Origin: Alphaproteobacteria bacterium
GTDB taxonomy: Bacteria > Pseudomonadota > Alphaproteobacteria > MPNO01 > UBA830
Assembly: GCA_965243135.1 (NCBI GenBank)
Contig: OZ251539.1
Location: 2,336,001 to 2,400,000, forward strand
DNA length: 64,000 nucleotides
Direction: 5' to 3'
How positions within the stretch are numbered: the first letter of the stretch is position 1; each line of letters starts with the position of its first letter. Positions 9,946-19,698 of the stretch are shown here, in pieces. The position numbers and the translations under genes are program-made. The notes below the pieces were generated by a model. The model searched no databases and was not told the origin of the DNA. It worked only from the letters and a program-made list of their open reading frames with translations.

Positions 9946-11265
9946 TTATAGCAATGCCAGGCTCAATTCGGGCCAGGCAATGATGGCGATCAGGACGGCC
10001 AGCATGATGACGGCGAACGGAAACGCGCCCGCGAAGATGTCGATCAGGCGGATCGAAGGATCGTTCAGCGTGGACCTGATGACGAAGCACGATATCCCGA
10101 GCGGCGGCGTCAGCAGGCCGATTTCCGCTCCGATCACCGTGACGATCCCGAACCAGATCAGGTCGAGCTCCAGCGACTCGACGACCGGCAGAAACAACGG
10201 CGCCACGATCAGGATCATCGACGCCGTATCGATGATCGTGCCGAGAAGCAGCAGCATCGGCACGTAGATCAGCATCAGACCCCAAACGCCCAGGCCCTGC
10301 GCCTCCAGCCAGTTGCCGAACAGCGTCGGCAGGCCGGCGACGCCGAGCATGCGGCTGTACATGGAGGCCGCGACGATCAGAAACAGGATCGAAGCGGTGA
10401 TGTGGCCGGTCTCTACGAGGCACTCCCAGAAATCGGCCCAACTGAGCGAACGCCGGAGCAAAGCGATGACGAGGGCGACCAGCGAACCCGCAGCGCCCGC
10501 CTCGACCGGCGTGACGATGCCGCCGTAGATTCCGCCGAGCACCACCAGAACCAGAAAAACCACCGGGAACATCATGCGGCAGACGTCGATCCACGTCAGA
10601 GTCCGCCATTCCGCTCCGGCGTTCTCCGCGATTCCGTGACCGCCGACGAAACCCGGAAAGATGCGCGCCATAAAGACGATCGCAACTGCGTATGCGGCGG
10701 CGAGCAGAAGGCCCGGCAGAATGCCGGCAATGAACAACTGCCCGATCGACTGGTCGGCGGTGATGGCGTATATGATCAGCATGGCGCTCGGCGGGATTAT
10801 CATGCCAAGCACCGAGGATCCGCCGACGACGCCGACGGAAAAACGCGTCGTGTATCCGAACGCCCGCATCTCGGGCACCGAAATCTTCGCGAACACCGAT
10901 GCGGAGGCGATCGAAGAACCGGTGATGGATGCGAACACGGCGTTCGCAGCGACCGTCGCTATGCCGAGGCCGCCCTTGACGCGGTAGAAGACGAAGTTGG
11001 CCACGCGATAGACATCGTTTCCGAGGCCCGCCCTCGAGACGAGCAAACCCATCAGCGCGAAAAGCGGCACCGTCGCGAAGACCTGATGCGAGACGGTATC
11101 TGCGGCCGCCAGCGCCAGCAGGTTGATTGGCAGCTGTATGTCGCCGCGCATGATCCATACGCCGAGGAAGGAAACCAGCCCGAGCGCGACGGTGATGTAA
11201 AGGCCCGCATAGATCAGAAGAACGATGAGGAAGACGGAGGCGAGACCGATTTCGACGGGGCTCAT
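9946..11265 (-). CDS. dctM: TRAP transporter large permease
   Basis: Polytopic membrane protein with PLFALMG, LGMIIPPS, TPVEAGA and GLLTPPLG. Confidence 0.92.
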   Translation of the reverse strand: MSPVEIGLASVFLIVLLIYAGLYITVALGLVSFLGVWIMRGDIQLPINLLALAAADTVSHQVFATVPLFALMGLLVSRAGLGNDVYRVANFVFYRVKGGLGIATVAANAVFASITGSSIASASVFAKISVPEMRAFGYTTRFSVGVVGGSSVLGMIIPPSAMLIIYAITADQSIGQLFIAGILPGLLLAAAYAVAIVFMARIFPGFVGGHGIAENAGAEWRTLTWIDVCRMMFPVVFLVLVVLGGIYGGIVTPVEAGAAGSLVALVIALLRRSLSWADFWECLVETGHITASILFLIVAASMYSRMLGVAGLPTLFGNWLEAQGLGVWGLMLIYVPMLLLLGTIIDTASMILIVAPLFLPVVESLELDLIWFGIVTVIGAEIGLLTPPLGISCFVIRSTLNDPSIRLIDIFAGAFPFAVIMLAVLIAIIAWPELSLALL

Positions 11266-11807
11266 GCGCCGGACCTCCGCGCCGCGCGTACATGACGCAG
11301 CACGAACCCGGCGAACAACAACATCGTCACCGCGCAACCGATCACCAGAATCAGCTTCACCGGCCATGTCGGAGCGGTAAACACCCCCTTGTTGCCGACG
11401 TAATGATCGCCCTTCCACGCTTCGACGAAGAGCGGCCACGAACCGTAGAGAATGAAGAACATGAAAAGCGCCCCGAGAAAGTCGAACGCGGCGCCCAGCG
11501 AGTGGCCGAGCCGCGGGGCGCGCCGGAGCGCGGTTTCGTAGAGCCCGTCGGATCTGGTGAGGCGACCGATCCGGGTGGCGTCGCCCAACTGCAGAAAAAC
11601 GATCGCGACCATCGACATCTCGATCATCTCGATGACGCCGTCGATCGGCGCGGTCAGCAGGTTGCGCCCCAGAACGTCCGCATTGACGAGAATCAGCAGA
11701 GCCAGAATCCAGAGCGTGCCTACGCCGTTGAGCCCGCGCACCACTCGGTCGAAGGAAGAACCGGTTCCATTGGCGCGCAACTCCGGCGGAACCGGGTTCT
11801 CGCTCAC
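11262..11807 (-). CDS. dctQ: TRAP transporter small permease
   Basis: Four TM segments and DVLGR...PI.G..E motif. Lies between dctP and dctM. Confidence 0.88.
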   Translation of the reverse strand: MSENPVPPELRANGTGSSFDRVVRGLNGVGTLWILALLILVNADVLGRNLLTAPIDGVIEMIEMSMVAIVFLQLGDATRIGRLTRSDGLYETALRRAPRLGHSLGAAFDFLGALFMFFILYGSWPLFVEAWKGDHYVGNKGVFTAPTWPVKLILVIGCAVTMLLFAGFVLRHVRAARRSGA

Positions 11808-12456
11808 TTCAGGCAGTTACTCGCGGTCCCAGTGCCGCATGATGGGTTGCTTCGCCGCCCGCATGCGGTCCATGTAGGCAGCCAGGATCTTGCCGCCCGG
11901 AGTGCCCTTTTTCTCGAGATCGTCGGCCCATTCCCGGGCGATGTTCGGCATGCCCTTCGACCACGCCTCGCGGCCTTCCTTCGACAGCGCCGTTACCGTG
12001 CCGCCCTTCTTGCGGAATGCGTCGAGAGAACCCTTGCCCTTGGCCAATGCCTGGGAAGACATCTGGTCTCGATAGCCGATGGCTTGAGAGGCAAGCGCTT
12101 TCCGCACCTCCGCGGGAAGGTTCTTCCAGCTTTTCGCGTTGACGTTGATCGCCTTGGAACAGGCGGCGCCCAGATCGGCCTTGAGCATGTAGGGCGCGAC
12201 TTCAACGATCTTGAAACGAACGACGGCCTCCGGCCACAGCATTGCGCCGGAAACCACTCCCGTCTTCAACTTGTTGTAGAAGGACACAAGGCTTCCGGCG
12301 ACCCCGGCGGCGCCGAGACCTTGCAGGTAGCGGAGATTCACGCCCGCGCCGGCGACCTTCATTCCTCTGAATGCATCCAGACCTGTCACCTTTTCGCGAG
12401 TGAACATCTGGTAGGAATCGAGAACGCAACCATTGGTGAGATAGACCTGCCCGTAA

Positions 12457-13740
12457 GGTCTCTCGCCAAAATAAATTGTTTATTTTGGCGAGAAGCGATA
12501 ATTCCATTCCCCGTGAAAATTGTCTCTCTCGAGAGACAGGGAAGCCATCTGTTTATCCGTCACCGGCTGCCCGGTCGGGTAGCTGTTTTCGTCCAACTCG
12601 GACCGGAGCGTCAGGCCGCTTTTCGTCGTCGTATGGCCGATGAGGTTCACGACCACCTCGTGGCTTGTCAGCGGGCGACCGCGCCAATTCTGGGTGATGT
12701 GGCAAAACATTCGGTGCTCAATCTTGTTCCACTTGCTTGTGCCGGGCGGAAAGTGGCAAACGCAAACCTGAAGCTTGGTGTCGTCAGCGAGCTTTTGCAA
12801 CTCCCATTTCCACAAGCGGTTGCGGCTGCCGTTCGAACCGCCACCATCGGCCGTAATCAGCAAGCGGCGCGCTCCAGGATAGACCTGGCTGCCCATCTTG
12901 CGCCACCATCGGCGCAACGTCTCGACCGCGAATGTCGCCGTATCGTGATCGACGCCGACGCTCACCCACCCCGTATCGTTCGTCAAATCGTAGATGCCAT
13001 AGGGGATTGCCTTCCCGAGATCCTTGTCCGGAAAATCATGAACGTTGACGGCTTCGGGCCGCCCCTTGCGCTTCCACTCCTTGCCATTATTCTTATATTT
13101 TCCAACGAGTTCCTTCTTTTTCGCGTCAACCGATACGACCGGCTGACCCAACTTTTGAAAAGCCTTCACACGCCGGTTGATGTACTTGAATTGCGTATCC
13201 CGGTCAGGATGCTGGTTGCCTTCCAGCGTTTTCCGGTTGGCCTGCAGGCTGTAGCCCGCGTGGTGAAGCATCCGGTTCACTGTCCGCTCGCTGACCGGAT
13301 GCCCGGCCGCCCGAAGCTCCTCCGCCAATCGAGAGGCGCTGCTGCACGTCCAGCGCAACGGCTCCGACGGGTCGCCGCGAGTCGCCGGGTCCACCATCTT
13401 CTCAAGAGCAACCAGAAGGTCCGGGTCATGCTCGACGAGCGGCTTCCGGCCTCCGCCCGGACCACGTATCCGTCCGCCTTCCATCGGCTGGTCGAGTTCC
13501 TCGATCCCGGCCTTGATGGTCGTTCTCGACATTCCCGTCGCTTCGGCGACACGCGCGATGCCGCCGCGACCGATCGCGCGCGCCTCCGTCGCCGCCCAAC
13601 GCCGCCGCGTTCGCTCGTCGAATAGAGGCTTCAACGCGACGAACTTGGCCCGAACCATTTGTGCCACGGGGTTCTCCATGACACAAATTATAGCATAAAA
13701 TAAATCAACCTGAATAAATATCTTATTTTGGCGAGAGCCC
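12457..13740 (-). mobile_element. Complete ISAzo13-family insertion sequence
   Basis: IR GGTCTCTCGCCAAAATAA (12457-12474) matches the reverse complement of 13723-13740, GGGCTCTCGCCAAAATAA, at 17/18. 3-bp duplication TAA at 12454-12456 and 13741-13743. Confidence 0.95.
12480..13679 (-). CDS. ISAzo13 family transposase
   Basis: DERTRRRWAA.EA..IGRGG, SVDAKKKE, AIPYGIYD, TADGGGSNG and PPGTSKWNKIEHRMF. Confidence 0.95.
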   Translation of the reverse strand: MENPVAQMVRAKFVALKPLFDERTRRRWAATEARAIGRGGIARVAEATGMSRTTIKAGIEELDQPMEGGRIRGPGGGRKPLVEHDPDLLVALEKMVDPATRGDPSEPLRWTCSSASRLAEELRAAGHPVSERTVNRMLHHAGYSLQANRKTLEGNQHPDRDTQFKYINRRVKAFQKLGQPVVSVDAKKKELVGKYKNNGKEWKRKGRPEAVNVHDFPDKDLGKAIPYGIYDLTNDTGWVSVGVDHDTATFAVETLRRWWRKMGSQVYPGARRLLITADGGGSNGSRNRLWKWELQKLADDTKLQVCVCHFPPGTSKWNKIEHRMFCHITQNWRGRPLTSHEVVVNLIGHTTTKSGLTLRSELDENSYPTGQPVTDKQMASLSLERDNFHGEWNYRFSPK

Positions 13741-14508
13741 TAAGGCTCCCACGCTTCCCTGAATTGCGGGAATTCGTCGGCCATCTCGTCCATCAGGCGC
13801 GAGGTCAGCACCGGATCCGCCGACACGAACGGCGTCACGAAGGCGAGGTTCTGCAGCGGCACCTTGTCCGCGTGAAACACCGTCGTCACAATCCCGATGT
13901 CGCCGAGGCCCCTCTGCAAGCCTTCCAGAACATGCCGCGTCTTGACGATCTGCCCGGACCAAGCTTGATTCCATCTGATCTTGTATTGGCCGGTTTTCGC
14001 GAGCTCGCGATCTACCGCCGGAATGTAGAAGTTGATGAACTCTCGAACCCAGGATGCCTTGGGCGGATATCCGTCGATCGCAGTGACATCTACGGTCTTC
14101 TGCGCAGCGGCCGGTAAAACGAACGATGCTGCGGCAGCGGCGAGAATGATTTTCCAGAGATTGCGCATTTGACGATCCTTCCATTTGCCGATGCCGCTTC
14201 TCGCATATCCGACACGGCGTGTCCAAGCGAACGTCGGCGCTCCGTCAACGCCGCCCGTTGCTTCGCCGACCGTCGACAGCCGTTTTCCGCATTTCAATGG
14301 CGCCGTCGGAAAAAGAATTTCCCGGCGCGCGAGCGTCTGAAGGGAGACGCCAGCCCCGAGTTCCCGGCGGCCTCCGGGGCGTCCCGTCAAGCCGCAAGCG
14401 CGCGAGGCGACGAACCGGCTGCCGCCGCAGGCCGGATCCGCGTTGCGGACAGCGGCCATGCGTGGGCCGCTGTCCGAACGGAACGTCGAACTCGTCCGGC
14501 TTCAGGCT

Positions 14509-14808
14509 TCAGGCGGCCTCGCAGCCGACGACGTTGCGCTCTTCGCGGCTGAACTCCACCAGGTGGACCGAACGTCCGAGGTGGAGGTACTTGTCCGCGT
14601 AGCCCTTCTCCCGCAGCTGCGCGAGCGCGACCCCCTCCCGCCCGCGCTCCACCACCTTGAACTCGAACAGGTAGACGCGGTCGCCGGCGCGGATCGCCAT
14701 GTCGGCGCGCCGACCAGTCCCGCTTGCCGTGCACGGCAAGGCCCTGGAACAACTCCTCGCTTCCCTCGAACAACTCCTGCAGCGTGTCCACCAGAAGGGT
14801 CTTGCCGA
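14509..14808 (-). pseudogene. Internally deleted remnant of an AAA-ATPase/PD-(D/E)XK gene (paralogue of 2914-4458)
   Basis: GKTLLVDTLQELFEGSEELFQGLAVHGKRDWS is joined, with a frame change, to ADMAIRAGDRVYLFEFK...EKGYADKY...FSREERNVVG. No start codon context. Confidence 0.88.
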
Positions 14809-14874
14809 GGTTCGACGACAACTCATTCCACCTCTCCACATCCGGGTCGCGGCGGATAGGCCGTGGAGCGTGGC

Positions 14875-15226
14875 GCAGGTGACGCGAGGGACCGCTGGAA
14901 CGTCCGCATGCGGCGAAATTTGTCTGCAACCGGCCGATCTTGCCTGCGGCGGCCTGTTAATTCTGATATAATGGATAAATCGAAATAATTGAACGCAGTA
15001 TTGCGGTAGGCGTAATAAGGGACCTTCTCCCATGAACCGGAAGCCGCGGAACAGGTGCAGGTGACGCGAGGGACCGCTGGAACGTCCGCATGCGGCGAAA
15101 TTTGTCTGCAACCGGCCGATCTTGCCTGCGGCGGCCTGTTAATTCTGATATAATGGATAAATCGAAATAATTGAACGCAGTATTGCGGTAGGCGTAATAA
15201 GGGACCTTCTCCCATGAACCGGAAGC
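14875..15226 (+). repeat. Tandem direct duplication of 170 bp (14875-15044 and 15057-15226) covering the fic upstream region and first codons
   Basis: Two copies, identical by eye, of GCAGGTGACGCG...CCCATGAACCGGAAGC, with a 182-bp period and the 12-bp spacer CGCGGAACAGGT. Confidence 0.95.
15146..15154 (+). promoter_or_regulatory. Extended -10 promoter element upstream of fic (second copy at 14964-14972)
   Basis: TGATATAAT is a consensus TGnTATAAT, in an AT-rich patch 60 bp upstream of the ATG. Confidence 0.55.
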
Positions 15227-16374
15227 GGAGCGGCCGCTACGAAACGACGACCGTGGGCGGCGAAACGGTGCGCGCCTTCGTGCCGATGCGCCTCCCGCCC
15301 GAACCTGCGCTGGATCTCGCGGTGTTGCACCCCCGGCTGGAGAGCGCATCGCTTGCGCTCGGCCGTTTGGACAGCCTCTCCGCGCTGCTGCCCGACATTC
15401 GCCTCTTTCTGTACGCATACGTTCGCAAGGAAGCGGTCCTTTCCTCCCAGATCGAGGGTACGCAGTCTTCGTTGTCCGACCTTATGCTGTTCGAACTGGA
15501 TCGGACGCCCGGCGTCCCCCTCGACGACGTCGTCGAGGTCTCGAGCTACGTGGCGGCCCTGGAGCACGGGTTGGGCCGACTGCGCGAGGACTTTCCGCTT
15601 TCCAACCGGCTCATCCGGGAAATGCACGAGGTGTTGCTCCGCCGCGGCAGAGGGCGCAATAAAGCGCCGGGAGAGTTTCGGCGCTCCCAGAACTGGATCG
15701 GCGGCCGCCGCCCCGGATTCGCGCGCTTCGTTCCGCCGCCGGCTCCCGCGGTCGTTGACTGCATGTCGGACCTCGAACGCTTTATCCATAGCCGTACCGC
15801 CGGGTTGTCTTCTCTTTTGCGGGCAGGCCTCGTCCACGTTCAGTTCGAAACCATTCACCCCTTTCTCGACGGCAACGGCCGGGTCGGCCGTCTGTTGATC
15901 GCCCTGATGCTCTGTCAGGAAGGCGTGTTGCGTGAACCGCTTCTCTATTTGAGCCTCTATTTCAAACAACATCGAGACGACTATTACGCGCTTCTCGACA
16001 AAGTGCGGCAACGCGGCGATTGGGAAGCATGGCTCGCGTTCTTTCTCGACGGCGTGACGGAAACGGCGAAGGGCGCCGTTTCGACCGCGCAGCGGTTGTT
16101 GACGCTGTTCCGCGAAGATCAGGCGCGAATACGATTGGGCGGACGAGCCGCGGGGTCGGCGCTGCGCGTCCACCGGATGTTGCAGGAAAGCCCGATTTCG
16201 TCGCTTCAGGATCTGGCAAGTCGCACGGGCCTCTCGTTCTCCGCGACATCCGCCGGAATGACGATTCTCGAAGAACTGAACGTGGCGCGCGAGTTGACGG
16301 GCAGGAAACGGGGGCGCCTGTTCGGCTATGACCGTTACCTCGCTATCCTCGGCGAGGGAACCGAACCGCTATAG
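15214..16374 (+). CDS. Fic family protein with a C-terminal HTH-like region
   Basis: Canonical HPFLDGNGRVGR, N-terminal EAVLSSQIEGT motif, PGEFRRSQNWIG and C-terminal ELTGRKRGRLF. Confidence 0.95.
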   Translation: MNRKRSGRYETTTVGGETVRAFVPMRLPPEPALDLAVLHPRLESASLALGRLDSLSALLPDIRLFLYAYVRKEAVLSSQIEGTQSSLSDLMLFELDRTPGVPLDDVVEVSSYVAALEHGLGRLREDFPLSNRLIREMHEVLLRRGRGRNKAPGEFRRSQNWIGGRRPGFARFVPPPAPAVVDCMSDLERFIHSRTAGLSSLLRAGLVHVQFETIHPFLDGNGRVGRLLIALMLCQEGVLREPLLYLSLYFKQHRDDYYALLDKVRQRGDWEAWLAFFLDGVTETAKGAVSTAQRLLTLFREDQARIRLGGRAAGSALRVHRMLQESPISSLQDLASRTGLSFSATSAGMTILEELNVARELTGRKRGRLFGYDRYLAILGEGTEPL

Positions 16375-16446
16375 GAGCCGTTTGCGCTGTGCCATTTTTT
16401 GTCGGCCTGTCGCCCGGCCGGCACCCCGCGAACCGCTCCGGCCGCC

Positions 16447-16563
16447 CGTCGGCAGCACGCAAGGGCCTCGCGGGTGCTCAGTCTTCAGAACAAAAGGCGA
16501 GTATCCGGTTGCCGCGCCGCAAACTCGGTGCAAGCCGGACCGTGGCCTGAACGCAGGCGGCCA
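16447..16563. repeat. Dispersed intergenic repeat, copy A (about 120 bp)
   Basis: Colinear with 33214-33332. Shares the exact blocks CGCAAGGGCCTC and TATCCGGTTGCCGCG at the same spacing. Confidence 0.75.
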
Positions 16564-16838
16564 ATCGGGGGACGGCGTCCGGCTGGCCTTGGGGTGGAAT
16601 CCGCGAAAATCGCGACCTCGGCGCGGGGAATTCGCAGTTTTCCGTACCCGAATCGGGGTAAGAAAAATTCCGCACCCCGGAAAGCTGTCCGCATTTCAAG
16701 GCGTTACGAACAGCGCACGCGGCTCTATAGCCTCGCGTCGAAGGCGGCTCGGCCCGTCGCGGTCGGTTTCGAAAGACGGCGCGGCGTCCCGCGTCCGGGA
16801 GAGACCTTCGTCGGCCTGTCGCGCGCGACGGCGCCGAC

Positions 16839-17720
16839 TCACGGATCGCCCAGACCTGACTGGCGCTCCGTTCGCAATACGGTGGCGAAGAAGTCCCTGT
16901 GAAGATCCTCCGAATTCAGCATCTCGTGGAATATCTCCGACAGGACGGGAGCGATGTCGAGCTTCACGCCGCAGGCTTCGGCCGCATCGACGAAAAGATC
17001 CTGATCCTTCGCTGCCGTCGCGACGAACGACGCCGGCGAGAAATCCCGATCCTTCAACGCCTCCGCCTTGTATTGCACGAGCGGCGAGCCGACGGCGCTC
17101 GCCGCCATCACTTCCAGCATCTTCCCCCATTCCACCCCGCCCCTGCGGCCGACCGCCAAGGCTTCGGCCATCGCCGCAGCGGTCGCGTGAACCATGTTGT
17201 TGACGGCGAGCTTCAGATAACGCGCCTGTTCTCCTCCCCCCACGTGATAGACTTTCGACCCGAGAAGTTTCAGAAGCGGAAGGCACGCCTCGAAAGCGGG
17301 TTCGGGTCCCGACGCGATAACGGTCAGCGACGCGCTTTCCGCAAGGACGACGCTGCCCGAGACCGGCGCACGCAAATAGAGCGTTCCGCGCCGCTCCGCG
17401 GCGTCGGCGACCTCGCGGGACGCATGGGGCGAGACGGTGCTCATGTCCACGTACGCCGCCCCTTCGCCGGCCGACGCCAGGACGCCTTGCTCGCCGAGCG
17501 CGACCCGCCGGAGCGCGGAATCGTCCGGAATCGACGAAAACACGACGGCCGCCCCGCGGCAGGCGTCCGCGACGGAAGCCGCGGCCGCCGCGCCGCATTC
17601 CTTCAGGCGCGAAAGCCGTTCCGGCTTCGCGTCGAACGCCGCGACCTCGTGCCCGCCCGCAAGAACGTTGCGCGCCATGGGAAAACCCATGTTGCCGACT
17701 CCGATCCAGCCCGTCTTCAT
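16839..17720 (-). CDS. NAD(P)-dependent oxidoreductase, 3-hydroxyisobutyrate dehydrogenase family
   Basis: GWIGVGNMG, DMSTVSP, APVSG and KLAVN. Confidence 0.9.
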   Translation of the reverse strand: MKTGWIGVGNMGFPMARNVLAGGHEVAAFDAKPERLSRLKECGAAAAASVADACRGAAVVFSSIPDDSALRRVALGEQGVLASAGEGAAYVDMSTVSPHASREVADAAERRGTLYLRAPVSGSVVLAESASLTVIASGPEPAFEACLPLLKLLGSKVYHVGGGEQARYLKLAVNNMVHATAAAMAEALAVGRRGGVEWGKMLEVMAASAVGSPLVQYKAEALKDRDFSPASFVATAAKDQDLFVDAAEACGVKLDIAPVLSEIFHEMLNSEDLHRDFFATVLRTERQSGLGDP

Positions 17721-18802
17721 CGCCGATCCAGGAAAGGATAATCCGTGTAGCCCTCCGCCCCGCCGCCGTAGAAGGTCGCGCGGTCGGCCTCGGCGAGCGC
17801 GGCGTCGGCGAGCAGCCTTTCCGGCAGGTCGGGATTGGCGATGAACGCCGAAGCGAAAGCCACCATGTCGGCGAGCCCGCCGGAGACCGCCGCGTCGGCC
17901 CTCCTCCTGTCGTATCCGCCGTTGACGATCAGGGTGTTGGGCCAGATCCGGCGGAGGCGGCCGAACAGGGGATGGCGCGGGAACGCCCCCTCCCCGTCCG
18001 GCGCGCCCGTCTCCACCACGTGCAGATACAGCAGATCCCGCGCGGCAAGCTCGCCGGCGAACCAGGAAAAGGTCGCCTCGGGGTCGCTGTCCGTCATGTC
18101 GTTGAAAGTCTGGAACGGAGAAATGCGGTAGCCGACCCGGTCCGGTCCCCAGACGCCGGCCACCGCGTCGGCGACCTCGAGAGGCAGGCGGCATCTGTTC
18201 TCGATCGAACCGCCGTAATCGTCGTCCCTCGTGTTGGTCCCGTCGCGCGTGAACTGATCGAGGAGATAACCGTTGGCGCCGTGGATTTCGACGCCGTCGA
18301 AACCCGCCTCTTCGGCGTTCCGCGCCGCCTCCCGGTATTGCGCGACAACGCCCGGCAATTCGTCGCCGTCCAGGGCGCGCGGCGTTTCGAACGGCTTCAT
18401 GCCGGCAAGGGTCATCGCTTCGCCGGCAGGGCGAACCGCCGACGGGGCAACCGGCCTTTCGCCGCCGGGCTGCAGATCCGGATGCGAGATTCGTCCCACG
18501 TGCCAGAGCTGGAGGAAGATCGTCCCGCCCGCCTCGTGCACCGCGTCGGTGACCTCGAGCCAGCCGTCGACCTGCTCGCCGGAATGAATGCCCGGCGTTC
18601 CCGGATAGCCCACGCCCTCGGGACAAATCTGCGTCGCCTCGGTGACGATCAGCGCGGCGTCGGACCTCTGCCGGTAATAGACGGCGTTGAGCGCGCTCGG
18701 GACGTTGCCCGGCCCCGCCCTGTTGCGCGTCATCGGCGCCATCGCAACCCGATGCGGAAAATCGAACGGTCCGGCGGTCAGAGGCGAAAAAAGATCGGGC
18801 AT
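17717..18802 (-). CDS. Alkene reductase (old yellow enzyme, NemA-like)
   Basis: MAPMTRNRA, QLWHVGR, EIHGANGYLLDQF and TFYGGG.EGYTDYP. Confidence 0.95.
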   Translation of the reverse strand: MPDLFSPLTAGPFDFPHRVAMAPMTRNRAGPGNVPSALNAVYYRQRSDAALIVTEATQICPEGVGYPGTPGIHSGEQVDGWLEVTDAVHEAGGTIFLQLWHVGRISHPDLQPGGERPVAPSAVRPAGEAMTLAGMKPFETPRALDGDELPGVVAQYREAARNAEEAGFDGVEIHGANGYLLDQFTRDGTNTRDDDYGGSIENRCRLPLEVADAVAGVWGPDRVGYRISPFQTFNDMTDSDPEATFSWFAGELAARDLLYLHVVETGAPDGEGAFPRHPLFGRLRRIWPNTLIVNGGYDRRRADAAVSGGLADMVAFASAFIANPDLPERLLADAALAEADRATFYGGGAEGYTDYPFLDRR

Positions 18803-19681
18803 CTACCGCTTCGCCCGCGCCTGATCCTCGAGCACGGCGCAGACCGCAGCGGTATCCTTCTCCGCCAACCCCTGCTCCAGCGTCGCGCGATAGGGCTGCA
18901 CGGCGGCGGCGAACAGGTTGACCGGGCACCGGACGTCGGCCGCGAAGGACGAGATCACGTCGAGATCCTTCTGGTAGAGCCGGTTCGACATGCCGACGTC
19001 GTCGTAATCGGCCGCCGCCATCATCGCCCCGCGCACCTCGAACATGCGCGACGTGGCGGCGCTCGTCGAAATCACGTCGTAGATCAGCTGCGGATCGAGG
19101 CCCGACTTCATGCCCATGACCATCGCCTCGGCCGCGGCGACGTTGTGGACCGTGATCAGGTGATTGGCGACGAACTTCATGCGGCTGCCGTTCCCGAACG
19201 CGCCGCAATGCTTGTGCTCGCGCGCGAAGGCCTCGATCGCCGGAACGCATTTCGCGACCGCCTCCTCGTCGCCGCTGGTGAACACGGCGAGATCGCCGGT
19301 CCGCGCCTGTTGTCCGGTGCCCGAAAGCGGACAATCGAGCAGCGTATGGCCCGCGGCCGCGAGAACGTCGCGGGCGCTTTCCTTGTCGGCGATCCGGAAC
19401 GTGCCGGTCTCCATGATCGTGCGGTCCTCGGCCGCCGACCGCGAGATTTCCGCCGCCACCGCCGCGAGGGCGGCGGGCGACGGCAAGGACAGAACGACGA
19501 CGGAAGCGCCTTCCGCCACGGCCGCGGCCGACCCCATGGTCTGCGCGCCGAAATCCGCGGCGCGCGCCAACGCCTCCGCCGAAACGTCGTAGCCCAGCGT
19601 CCGGAAGCCGGCTTCCGCGAGGCGGCGCGCCATGGCGCCGCCCATGATTCCGAGTCCGACGACGCCGACCGTGTCGCTCAT
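18803..19681 (-). CDS. NAD(P)-dependent oxidoreductase, 3-hydroxyisobutyrate dehydrogenase family
   Basis: GVVGLGIMG, DCPLSG and MKFVAN. AGGAG RBS. Confidence 0.9.
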   Translation of the reverse strand: MSDTVGVVGLGIMGGAMARRLAEAGFRTLGYDVSAEALARAADFGAQTMGSAAAVAEGASVVVLSLPSPAALAAVAAEISRSAAEDRTIMETGTFRIADKESARDVLAAAGHTLLDCPLSGTGQQARTGDLAVFTSGDEEAVAKCVPAIEAFAREHKHCGAFGNGSRMKFVANHLITVHNVAAAEAMVMGMKSGLDPQLIYDVISTSAATSRMFEVRGAMMAAADYDDVGMSNRLYQKDLDVISSFAADVRCPVNLFAAAVQPYRATLEQGLAEKDTAAVCAVLEDQARAKR

Positions 19682-19698
19682 CCCGCGCTCCTTCTTGG

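Larger units (their letters stand above)
11817..14168 (-). pseudogene. dctP: TRAP solute-binding protein interrupted by an ISAzo13-family element
   Basis: 5' half has a signal peptide (MRNLWKIILAAAAAS...) and ends ...REAWEP. Removing the IS and one TAA gives in-frame AWEPYGQVYLTNGCVLDSYQMFTREK..., joining ORF 11817-12407. Confidence 0.92.

Noticed and set aside
14875-15226. CRISPR-like interpretation of the repeat
   Set aside because: There are only two long copies, no repeat-spacer periodicity and no cas genes.
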